Positions 1 to 9,600 of a stretch of DNA of 64,000 nucleotides are shown here, one piece after another (the stretch's first letter is position 1; each line of letters begins with the position of its first letter). The DNA is from a virus: positions 96,001 through 160,000 of IMG/VR virus record IMGVR_UViG_3300027736_000020; one strand, 5' to 3'. Both the position numbers and the translations under genes were made by a program. The notes beneath the pieces are model-generated. The model was not told the DNA's origin and made no database searches. It saw only the letters and a list, made by a program, of their open reading frames with translations.

Positions 1-108
1 ATTCCTAGCGACGAAGATGGTCCTTTTGCAATCTGCAATAACCCTATTTCGTACTACTCATATAATACCTTTTTCATAACCGACAAAAGGCCTTGATGTT
101 TTTGAAAA

Positions 109-714
109 TTAGAAAGGGTTATCTTCCGTGTTCTTTGGCTGGGTCATGCTCTTGATCTTCGTGACAGCAGCTGCAGCCTCTTCACGGGACATGTTCTTTG
201 CCTCGTCAAACGGAATGTCAAGTGCTGTGCTGATCTTTGTTGCGGCATCATCAGACATCCGCCACGTTACAGGAAGGGCAGGAACAACGTTTGCGCGGCT
301 GATGGTTGCATTACGCTCCGCAAACACCTCCTCCCGGATATTTTCCTCAAGACCATCATTGCGGCCGAGTGCATCCATCCATGCACGCTTCTTTGCCCTT
401 GACTCGGCAATGTGCATGTAGAAAGAAGGATTGGATACGCCATGAATGACATTGGCCCCGTTCTTGCGAGGGTACGCTGCTCCCATGGATGTGTAACGAC
501 GATTAGGATCGCCTTCGCGCAATGGAGGCATGACCACCTCGGCCTTGATCACGCAAAGATACTCATTCGCGGGAGTTGGGGGCACTTCCATGGAAGTGTC
601 GGTAGAAATCATTCCTGCGTTGCGGATTTCCTGAAGTACCTGATTGTACGATGGCCCGGAATCCCTTCCTCCGCCTGAGGAACGAAACCCACTGGATTGT
701 GCGTATGCTGACAT
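109..714 (-). CDS. Putative single-strand annealing protein (Rad52/Sak-like family)
   Basis: 201 aa. 'VIKAEVV...YTSMGAA...HIAESRAKKRAWMDALG' resembles the Rad52-like phage SSAP motif (AETRAxxRALxxAxG). Acidic tail ends EDNPF. Confidence 0.5.
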   Translation of the reverse strand: MSAYAQSSGFRSSGGGRDSGPSYNQVLQEIRNAGMISTDTSMEVPPTPANEYLCVIKAEVVMPPLREGDPNRRYTSMGAAYPRKNGANVIHGVSNPSFYMHIAESRAKKRAWMDALGRNDGLEENIREEVFAERNATISRANVVPALPVTWRMSDDAATKISTALDIPFDEAKNMSREEAAAAVTKIKSMTQPKNTEDNPF

Positions 715-737
715 CGCCTATCTCCTAAGTAGTGCGC

Positions 738-1418
738 TTACCCCCAGTTGCTGGACGGCCATGGGAGGTGCGCCTTCCTCAATAATACACGAAGTCCGAG
801 ATCCCTGCCTTTTTCCCACCGGGGAGCTGGGGGAGTCCATGACACGAACTCGAATCTTGGCTCATAGACAACGGCGTAGACTGTCTCGAATGCAGGAGAT
901 GTTTCGTTGGAATTCCATAGCAAGGTTTTTCCCTCAGCTCCTCCAAGCACGTAATCTACATCCTGTTCCCATGTTGTTTCCGTTCCTGTCTCTGAGTTTA
1001 TTTGAGAAACACGAAGTATTTTTTTTACCGGAGTGTAAATCAGTTTGTCTTTTTTGCCGCGAATAAGCAATTCCCCCGGATACGGAAATCCTCTGCTCCA
1101 TGTAGGGATAATCTTGTCATAATCCTTGAATCTTCTTTGGCTATTAGGCAAGGGAGAACAGGACATGTCTTCAGGAAGCGCCATTCCAGTCTGCAACCAC
1201 ATCCTTCCTGTCCTGTCAGAATCAAGTCCAGTGATGATGGCAACAATCTTCTTGGGATTTATCCAGTACATTCCTAGACCATTGCAACGAACACAAGTGA
1301 TATTGGCATCTTCTGGTTTGCCCGTTGGGGAACAGGTACACAGTTGCCCTTGATAATGAGTAATGACTTCGCCATGCGACAATATCATCCGAGTGTGAAA
1401 GGGAATATGGATTGGCAT
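738..1418 (-). CDS. Head completion/neck protein, SPO1/A511/K-like
   Basis: 226 aa with 'GEVITHYQGQLCTC...CVRCNGLG' (CxC...CxxCxGxG) and terminal 'VLLRK'. Same pattern as the Herelleviridae neck protein that follows the adaptor, and it sits directly after the adaptor gene here. Confidence 0.65.
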   Translation of the reverse strand: MPIHIPFHTRMILSHGEVITHYQGQLCTCSPTGKPEDANITCVRCNGLGMYWINPKKIVAIITGLDSDRTGRMWLQTGMALPEDMSCSPLPNSQRRFKDYDKIIPTWSRGFPYPGELLIRGKKDKLIYTPVKKILRVSQINSETGTETTWEQDVDYVLGGAEGKTLLWNSNETSPAFETVYAVVYEPRFEFVSWTPPAPRWEKGRDLGLRVLLRKAHLPWPSSNWG

Positions 1419-2873
1419 TTACGCTCCTATGACACCCATGAGGAAACCACCCAGTTTGGATTTGATTCTCGGAATCTCCATCTGTATCCATTGCTCATGT
1501 GCCTGAATGGTTGTCGCATAGGGGCCACCCGGATTATAGGAAAGGCTGCTTGACAGGCCATCCCTTGACGCGGATTCTCCACCCACACCACCCTGATAGG
1601 CTCTTCCTGCCTCAGTAAGTATCGCACTCGTGGCAACCCGTGCAACAAGCTCCAGAACAACCGCACGGTCATTTTGCTCAAGATCAGGCAAGCCGAATGT
1701 TGCGGTGTAATTCCAGAATGAAGGCAGATCATTCCTCATGTAAAAAGGAGATAGCATTGGATTTGCAAATACTGTCCAGCTTACAAAACTACGTATTGAA
1801 GGGACAAGCGTGACAAAACTGCTCATCCTGTCAACCGTGTTGTTGTACCAGTCTCCATCAACCTCCACAAGTTTGTTTACCCCGAAATAGCCAACAAGAC
1901 GATGAATCTTGAGGCACCATTGCTGCGGGAATCGGAATCCCGGCCAATTGTTTGCGTTCCCACTGACGCGATAATCAACGGGCCTTCCGATCCTATCCCA
2001 ATGAAGTTCCTGTCGCATCTGACCCATGTGGTCATCTGCGTAACTGGGTGTTGCAGGAAGCGTCGTGTATATGTATGGCTCAATAGGAAACCCTAATTTT
2101 GATTCAACCGATCTTATTGAGTTTCTTATTCTTTCTTGTATCATTTCATCGTTCATCATTGACTCAGTGATGAGAATGTTTTCTGTCTTGTTAACGGTTG
2201 GCAGCAGAGATGAATCCACTGTAACAAGCATGTAATTTATTGTTGACTGATCAGTCATTATATATTGAGTATTGGTATTTGGTTCAATGATTATTGGATC
2301 ATCGTCTGACCATTCAAGTTTCCAATTGGGATTCAGATATGTCAATGTGAATAATTTTACGCCGGGAATGATTCCATAGGAAACTTCATCGATGGTCAAT
2401 CCAGTTATGACCTTTGGTTGAAATTTCGGCGCAAGAATTTCCTTTGCCTTGAGTGAAACACCAAACAACCATGATTCCTTTAATTTTTTTGTTGTCAACA
2501 AGGTAATGGTAACCTTGGATGTCATTTCCCAGTATTGAGATGCATCGACGGAATTTTCTACTGATACCCTGTATTTTCCAGAAATTGCCCGATTTATTGC
2601 ATCCTTGTCCAAGTCATCAGAACCGAGAAGAAAAGATACGGAGAATTTTCTGTCTGTCACAATTCCTGAAGTAACTATGACAGGCTTGCTCATTACGGTG
2701 CAAAATTGCTCGGGATAATTCAACGACGCAATTTTCTTTATTTTTACGGTAAATGATTCACCTGCCGTCACTGTTCCAGTAAATGATACAGAAACAACAA
2801 TGGTGTTCCTGTTTTCTTCGTACCTGCTATATTCAGTTGCATTGGCGCTTATTGACATAGCAGATATTTGCAT
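1419..2873 (-). CDS. Head-tail adaptor (neck) protein, Herelleviridae-like, with N-terminal beta-rich extension
   Basis: 484 aa. 'KESWLFGVSL', 'MNDEMIQERIRNSIRSVESKLGFPIEP' and 'LELVARVA...GRAYQGGVGGESASRDGLSSS' parallel the ~300 aa adaptor of phage K/A511 (recalled, not searched). Confidence 0.7.
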   Translation of the reverse strand: MQISAMSISANATEYSRYEENRNTIVVSVSFTGTVTAGESFTVKIKKIASLNYPEQFCTVMSKPVIVTSGIVTDRKFSVSFLLGSDDLDKDAINRAISGKYRVSVENSVDASQYWEMTSKVTITLLTTKKLKESWLFGVSLKAKEILAPKFQPKVITGLTIDEVSYGIIPGVKLFTLTYLNPNWKLEWSDDDPIIIEPNTNTQYIMTDQSTINYMLVTVDSSLLPTVNKTENILITESMMNDEMIQERIRNSIRSVESKLGFPIEPYIYTTLPATPSYADDHMGQMRQELHWDRIGRPVDYRVSGNANNWPGFRFPQQWCLKIHRLVGYFGVNKLVEVDGDWYNNTVDRMSSFVTLVPSIRSFVSWTVFANPMLSPFYMRNDLPSFWNYTATFGLPDLEQNDRAVVLELVARVATSAILTEAGRAYQGGVGGESASRDGLSSSLSYNPGGPYATTIQAHEQWIQMEIPRIKSKLGGFLMGVIGA

Positions 2874-2874
2874 T

Positions 2875-3180
2875 TTATTTTTCCTGTTCTTTTTGATTAT
2901 CTATGCTATATCGTGTTCCACAAACACATTCTAGAACAAGTGATTTTCCAAGAATAAATACTTTTGTTTTTGAATTAATCATTACCGCTTTGTGAACAAC
3001 AGAATTTACCTCAAGAGTTGCGTTTGATTTTACCATTCTTGTCTTGCATTGCGGATTGGTGCAAACAAAATTTCCAGAGACAGACACATGTGGTTTTTGC
3101 AGGCTTTTTTGAAGTTTTTCAATGAGGGCAGATTGTTTTTCATCTTCTTGTGATCCATCGTTCATATTCTTCATCTTCAT
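2875..3180 (-). CDS. Small putative zinc-ribbon protein
   Basis: CTNPQC...CVCG cysteine pairs; packed tightly in the operon; exact start uncertain. Confidence 0.5.
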   Translation of the reverse strand: MKMKNMNDGSQEDEKQSALIEKLQKSLQKPHVSVSGNFVCTNPQCKTRMVKSNATLEVNSVVHKAVMINSKTKVFILGKSLVLECVCGTRYSIDNQKEQEK

Positions 3181-3688
3181 TGTTATCTTCTAAGGTCTTA
3201 ATTTCTTCATTATCTTGTTGATCCTGCTCTTCCACCACAATTGCTTGAAAGGACTTTATCACTTTTTCAACACAGGCGTTGGCATCATCAGTAATTTGCT
3301 TTCCCTCAAAATGAAAAACCTTATATCCTTTTGCCATTAACCATGAATCTTTGCGTCTGTCTTTCATCCTCGTTTTCATGTTGTTGTGCCAAAATTCTCC
3401 ATCGGCCTCAATGACGACATTGTGTTCTGGCAGAAAAAAATCAATTGACCATGGTCCTATGTCTGCTTGTTCAATAAAATTTATTCCTTTTCTTAGCAAT
3501 GCATATCGAAGTTGATTTTCTATGTTTGTTGCTTTTGCCGAAGAAGGAGAAGATGATATTTTTTTCTGGATATTCTTGGGAGGATCACCATAGTACCTTG
3601 ACCCTCTTTGACCGGGCAAAGAACTTATTGTTGTTTTCATGCCTGAATTTTTAATTGGCAATGATGAACTTGGTCCAACCCTTTTCAT
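3140..3688 (-). CDS. DUF559/Vsr-like PD-(D/E)XK endonuclease
   Basis: 'IGPWSIDFFLPEHNVVIEADGEFWH...KDRRKDSWLMAKGYKVFHF' is the typical DUF559 signature. Confidence 0.8.
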   Translation of the reverse strand: MKRVGPSSSLPIKNSGMKTTISSLPGQRGSRYYGDPPKNIQKKISSSPSSAKATNIENQLRYALLRKGINFIEQADIGPWSIDFFLPEHNVVIEADGEFWHNNMKTRMKDRRKDSWLMAKGYKVFHFEGKQITDDANACVEKVIKSFQAIVVEEQDQQDNEEIKTLEDNNEDEEYERWITRR

Positions 3689-3691
3689 GAA

Positions 3692-4318
3692 TTATTTCCA
3701 TTTATCTAAGGCTTTTTCCAAACGGTTACGTCTTTCATGAGCAGTCTGTTCAGATTGAGACATTTTGAGTCTTTTCATCTTCCGTACCGACGAAGGTGCC
3801 AATCCTCTGGCATGTCCTCCTCCGGGAGAATTAGTCATGTATGTTCTAGAATATGCCGCAGCTCTGTTGGCTTTCTCAATGCGTTCTTTATCAAGATCTG
3901 TGTTGGCAATTTTACGCTTTTTTTCCTCCATTTTTTTCTCCTCTTCTTCTGACATTTCTTTACGGTGTTCTTTTTTGGCAATTCTGTACAGTCCATTGCC
4001 CATTTTTTCAAGAACGACAAATCTTCCATGAAGAGACGATTTCTTGTTATTTATTGGAACAATGACAAAAGTATTTTCTTTTGGCGCATCCCAATCAAAA
4101 CCTCCACCACCCATGATCATGGGCATGGGAATTGCTGTCTCAAATGAATTTCCGCTTTTTTCCAAACGGGCAAGACTATTTTCAATTTTATTTGTCAGAC
4201 TTCTTTCCATTGGATTCCTTGTCATCTTGTTTTTTTCATTATGGAGATTCAACAAAGCTCTTCTTTGTGCTTTGGCTTTTAATTTGGCTTCATATCTTTT
4301 TTGCGCTGATGTTTCCAT
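3692..4318 (-). CDS. Hypothetical charged protein with several LEK(S/A) sites
   Basis: 208 aa ORF in operon, upstream AGGAG-like site; contains RLEKSG, IEKAN, RLEKAL. Confidence 0.7.
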   Translation of the reverse strand: METSAQKRYEAKLKAKAQRRALLNLHNEKNKMTRNPMERSLTNKIENSLARLEKSGNSFETAIPMPMIMGGGGFDWDAPKENTFVIVPINNKKSSLHGRFVVLEKMGNGLYRIAKKEHRKEMSEEEEKKMEEKKRKIANTDLDKERIEKANRAAAYSRTYMTNSPGGGHARGLAPSSVRKMKRLKMSQSEQTAHERRNRLEKALDKWK

Positions 4319-4344
4319 GATTGTCTCCTAAGTAAAAATTAATA

Positions 4345-5919
4345 TCAAGGAATTGGCTTTGGATTTGGAATAAAATTAACTCCATAAGTATTTTCATATG
4401 CATAATGCCAATGTGGATCTTTTGTTATTACTGACGGAGATTTCAATGATTCTGAAAACTTATTATTTACTCCTGTTGCAAATTGTCCTCTTGGATTTGC
4501 AGATTGAACTCGGCGTCCATTTCTGTCTAAAAACAGATTAGCAGGAACCATTTTTTCACCTGATGCGCTTGTTATGCCACGTCTAGCAGGATCATAATTG
4601 GACATCCAAAGTTTTTTTGCTTTGTCTATTTGTGCATCTATCAACTTTTGTTTATATAATTCTTCATTAGCGTCTTGGTGATGCCAATTATCAAGTGCAT
4701 TCATATTCCAAGTCATTCCCGAATTTGATGCTTCCCATATTTTTCTTTTTTCTTGCAAATTATTTGTCATGTCGTTCCATACAGGAGTATAACTTTGATC
4801 ATGATTTTGCATCTCATTTCCATATGTAGATCTTGCCCTGTCAATGAGAGAACCTAAATGTTGAGCGTAAGATGCCTGATATTTGTCAAATTCATTTTCG
4901 TGATTTTTCATTGCTCTCATTTGAGACTTTATTCTTGAGCCGGGAGTGTAAACTTGAGTTAGTGGATCAATATCGTCATAATAATTTTGCACTTGTGCAG
5001 TGGGAGCATTTCCATACGCAGATCTTTCCCATCCTGTTTGCTCGTATCCTCCGGTACTTGGATCGTACTTGCTTGTAGGCCTTGCCGCTCCCATGACATT
5101 GCTTGCTATGGCCCCTTTGCCTTGTGCAAAATTCTTAAAAGAATTAATAGGCAAAACGCCTCTTCCATAATGATTTGTTCCAAGCATTCCGGAAAGACCA
5201 TGATTGATAATATCGGCTCCATAAATACCAGCAAACGTCGTTGCATTTCCGATGGCCTGCAAGATGTTCCATCCAGCAGCGCTTCCTTTTCCTGAATAGT
5301 TGATTTTTTCAGGATTATCTGGATCAACCGTTCCTCCCCAAGAAGGGACAATACGCGGAAGTATTCCAAGTTGTTTTCTGTTAAGAAGATCCAGTGAATT
5401 TTGAGGCAAAACATTCCAAGAAGATCTTCCTCTTCCTGCATATCCTGCTTTTCTTTTGGCTTTGCTTAATGACTCATCAATGTTTTTTTTTGATTGAAAA
5501 GATTTTTTCAATGAATTGTCTTCAAGCAAAAATTCATCAGGGAGTCCTGCTCTTGCTATGGCTTTTTGTAGTGCCAACATTCTTCCTGATAATGCAATTT
5601 GCATTGCAGCATTGTATTTTTTGTTGTCGCCATTTTTTGCGCCAAATGCTGATTCGATTGTGTGATCTTCTACGGATGGAGAAAGAAGTTTCTCAAAATC
5701 CTCAGTTGTTACAAGTTTCCCAATGACGGTTTTGCCGCTCAATTTCTTTTTGGCATCATTGATCAGTTTTTCAGTATTTTCTGCAATTTTTTTGTCATTA
5801 TCTAGAGTAGTAGTATTTTCAACGATCTTATCGCTGAGCAACGAAAAATCCTTGTCATCTTTAGGCCAATACCAATTAATTGGCAGTATATCTTTTTGGG
5901 ATTTTTTTAACTTTTTCAT
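4345..5919 (-). CDS. Hypothetical 524 aa protein, putative internal virion protein
   Basis: Starts MKKLKKSQ. LQKA, LKKS and LSKA lie in the first ~155 aa, followed by a G/N/S-rich body. Confidence 0.7.
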   Translation of the reverse strand: MKKLKKSQKDILPINWYWPKDDKDFSLLSDKIVENTTTLDNDKKIAENTEKLINDAKKKLSGKTVIGKLVTTEDFEKLLSPSVEDHTIESAFGAKNGDNKKYNAAMQIALSGRMLALQKAIARAGLPDEFLLEDNSLKKSFQSKKNIDESLSKAKRKAGYAGRGRSSWNVLPQNSLDLLNRKQLGILPRIVPSWGGTVDPDNPEKINYSGKGSAAGWNILQAIGNATTFAGIYGADIINHGLSGMLGTNHYGRGVLPINSFKNFAQGKGAIASNVMGAARPTSKYDPSTGGYEQTGWERSAYGNAPTAQVQNYYDDIDPLTQVYTPGSRIKSQMRAMKNHENEFDKYQASYAQHLGSLIDRARSTYGNEMQNHDQSYTPVWNDMTNNLQEKRKIWEASNSGMTWNMNALDNWHHQDANEELYKQKLIDAQIDKAKKLWMSNYDPARRGITSASGEKMVPANLFLDRNGRRVQSANPRGQFATGVNNKFSESLKSPSVITKDPHWHYAYENTYGVNFIPNPKPIP

Positions 5920-5921
5920 AG

Positions 5922-6695
5922 TTACATCACCACTCCGGATTGTACGACATTTGTATCAAAATTTTCGGCTTTTATGACTGGAAGATTTTCCAAAGGCATA
6001 GAACTCATATCTTCATCATCTATTTTGTGTCCCGCTTGATTCAAATAATACAATTGTAAATAATTATAAATAATTTTATTATGAAGATCTGTTGCATGAA
6101 TGACTTCCGGAGTTGCTCGTAAAATCTGTGGTATTCCTACCATGGGCAACAACAAATGAGAAGGTTTGTCGCAAATACCCAATGCGACTAATGACGCCCA
6201 TATGTATGCTGACTCATTCATTCCCATGGATTTCTGTTCTTCAATGAGATTTTCATCATATCCTGCTCGCCAATGAGGACACGTATCCATGCTTGAGGCA
6301 TACACAAGAAACTGAAAGTTTTTTATTTTTGGATTTAGGCATTTGCGTTTCAATGGATCCTTGCTGTTTTTTTCAGAAAGATATATGCATCCAATGCATG
6401 ATTTAAATTGTAAAAAATACCACCAAACGACGTGTTTGCCATTTGGCATTTTTGGAAGATCTACTCTTTCAACACCCAAGCATGCCATCATGTCAACAAC
6501 TTGTTCTGGACGAGACAGTATGTTCTGAGGAAGAGGTGAACGGTATGGTTCCAATTTTTTGGATAAGTCATCCATGAAAAATTTTGCCCAATCCCTATTT
6601 GCCGTATCAGACAATCTTGATCCAAATTGATTTTCGACGATGGATGGCACAGGTATTTTTACGGAAAAATTACTTGAGACTGTAGGATTATTCAT
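5922..6695 (-). CDS. Hypothetical protein with Cys cluster (CxxC...C...C)
   Basis: Start placed at ATG 6695 (MNNPTV), overlapping the upstream stop (ATGA); 'SCIGCIYL...KCLNP...TCPHW'. Confidence 0.65.
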   Translation of the reverse strand: MNNPTVSSNFSVKIPVPSIVENQFGSRLSDTANRDWAKFFMDDLSKKLEPYRSPLPQNILSRPEQVVDMMACLGVERVDLPKMPNGKHVVWWYFLQFKSCIGCIYLSEKNSKDPLKRKCLNPKIKNFQFLVYASSMDTCPHWRAGYDENLIEEQKSMGMNESAYIWASLVALGICDKPSHLLLPMVGIPQILRATPEVIHATDLHNKIIYNYLQLYYLNQAGHKIDDEDMSSMPLENLPVIKAENFDTNVVQSGVVM

Positions 6696-9600
6696 CTGGA
6701 CATATTCTTTTCTGGTTGTTCTTCCATTGGTTTGGCATTCCACACATTGTTTGACAAAAAGTGTGTGTGATTATTTGAAATGAATATTTCCGAATGATCA
6801 AGTTTTGGCAATAATACTTTTTCCTTGTTGCCCATAGGCAACAAGACAGAAATAGTTGCCGGATTATCTCCGTAATATTTTTCAGATGCCATGTCACTTG
6901 GAGCAACTTCTGAAGTATTTGCTCGAACCTCATACGCACCAATGATCGCTATTCTGCTTGAATCTGCACAAACTATTGTTCCATCATTATTGATAATAGT
7001 GGAATACCCCATGTGCAATGCTACTTTTTCCATGTCAAACATATCGTTGTTTGTCAATGTCAAAGAAAAAAGTGAACTTCCATTTTTTGATTGTTTCCAT
7101 TTTTTCCACGCCAAATATGTTTCTTCCAAATCTTTTTGCATTATTACTTTTCCCATATGATAATCAAATACAATCATGTATTTATCATCAACGATTTTTT
7201 CGTAATTATTTATTGAAGACATGATAGAAGCAATTGATTCTTTGTTTTTTATTGGAGAGTTCACCAGAGCATGCAATCCCGAATAAGACAATCCAAGATA
7301 ATTTTTCATACCAAGAAAAAACATGTTATTTACAGAATTTTTGTTTGTCCAGACAAAACATCGAGCAATTGAGCCTGTTGCTCCATCATAACTCATTCCC
7401 AAATCGCGAGCATAGGAAATTGCCGGATTTGTTTTTATCTGATTGATAACTGTTTTCATTTTTTTGAAGTATTGAGGATTATAAGAATGTAAAACAGACT
7501 CTCCATAAAACAATGGGATTCCATCATTAAAATCATTGACTTTTTGAACAAATTCACCCGAAAGTATTGTTTTCCTGTTTTGTGTAGGTATTTTTTTCCC
7601 AGCCATCATTGATTTTTCTGATTCCCAAATTTGTTCAATATTTACAGGAAAGAACTTATTTATTTGCATGTATTCACAAATCATTTGAAGAAGAATTTCA
7701 GGAGAAACAAAAGTATGTTCAGAAATTTCTTCAGAAACATTTTTCCCTTCTATTCCAAATTCCGGAATACTATCAACATCACAACGATAAACGTGATAAA
7801 GCATTTGCGCAGTGTGTTGATCGCCAGCAATTTTTGCAAGATGTGAAATCGCATCATCTACCGATCCTAATTTTCCTGTCTGAGCCTTGCCAAAAGCATC
7901 ATGATAACGAATTATTTTCATGAACATTTTTTTTTCTTCGGGATTGAAGAAAAATTCCGACGCAAATGATTCAGCAAGGATTGAAGAATATTTTGCATGC
8001 TCCTCTGAAACGCCGCCAACTCCTCCATCTTCACGAGAAGCTTTGCCAATGTCATGAAGTAGCGCTGCAACACGCAGGACGCGTATTGAGCGATCATTTT
8101 GAATCTCCTTGGCAGGACAATAGCCATTTGGTCTTGTGACATCAACAAGAGTGGCGCAATTTAACGAATGAGTCAATACGTCAATATTCTTGTGTCCCGG
8201 TCCTTGTTGCATTCCTTTCAATGAAGGAAACTGACGTGTCAGCCAAGATTTTACTGTCTCATATTGAGCAGACATCATGGTGTTATCTGGCAAGAATGGC
8301 ATTTCCCACTCAATGGTGTCTGTTTTGCTGGCAGAAAATAATTTTTCTGATGTTTTTGCGTAGCTTCCAGAAGAAATTCTCATATTTTTTTGAGCATTTA
8401 TTCCTTCAGTGTTAACCCAAAAAATAAAATCTGGAAGATATCCACAAACAATCATTTGCAGGCTTGAAAAAATGCTTACATTTCCAAATGCAAATTGCCT
8501 TTCTGGTTTGTATAAGAATATTGGATTTCCGTTATTGTCTGTGCAGGAAATTGAAAATGAATATATTTTTGAAAAGTCACTAGGAACGACTTTCTTTGTT
8601 TTGCTTGGAGAAGGAGTTTCTTTTGAGATTCTTTCAGCATGTAACCGCACGGAATACGAAAAATTAAATTTTTGATTATCAACTTTGATGAAGTCAAAAT
8701 ATGTTTTTTTGTCTGAAGCATTTGCCGGAATATCAAATTCGGTAACTTTGATCAAGCTTGGAACAAGCATCTTGTCCTTGGCGTTCATGGCAGTTGTATG
8801 CACTGCATGAATAATTGGAACAAAATTGATAAGTTTTACTGCAGATTCCTGATCTTTTATTTTTGATGATATTATTTGAGATTCATAAAAATTGGAAACT
8901 ATGGAAAAAAATTCTTTATAGTCTTGTATTGTATTGTTTTCAGGAGAAAGACTCAATAGTTCATTTTTCTCAAAAATACTTACATAATCAGTAAGATTTC
9001 CGTTTACTCTTTCCATGTTTCCATATTTAACAATGATAGAACTTGCATCATTTATCGAATACGATATGGGAACTGATGGAATGGTAATGGTTGCCGGAGC
9101 AACTCTTTTCCCAAGTATTGATTCTGATTTCATGTTTTCCAAAGAGGCTTCAAAAAGAATTTCATTGTTAACGGTATATTCAAAATCAGTAAAATCTGGA
9201 GCATTTTTAATTTTCATTGCTTTTGCCAATGCGACAAGACCAATGATATTTTCTCGATCTTCTTCTTCGGCAGCAATGAATATCTCTTGCACTTGCTCAA
9301 AAAAATTGTTAAAGAGCGTAACAATATGTCCTTTAGAAATATGTTGCCAATGAACATCTACATGAAAATTACTTCCCGGATATTCCACCCTGTAGGAATT
9401 TTCTGAAATCGCCTTGACAATTGCGCCTGTTAAAAATGTATGCCACCATATATTAGGGTTGAGCAACTCGTTTTTCATCTCGTGTGATTGCTTGTCCAAA
9501 ATATTTGCAATAGGATTCATGGATCTTGTGGGAAAATATGATGGAGCAATAATTGATACCTTGGAAGCAACTTGTCCTATTGAAGAAGAAGGAACATACG

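Noticed and set aside
644-1066. Plus-strand ORFs opposite the neck and SSAP-like genes, and the many short antisense ORFs across the giant genes
   Set aside because: They lie fully antisense to better-supported genes and lack RBSs or recognisable motifs.
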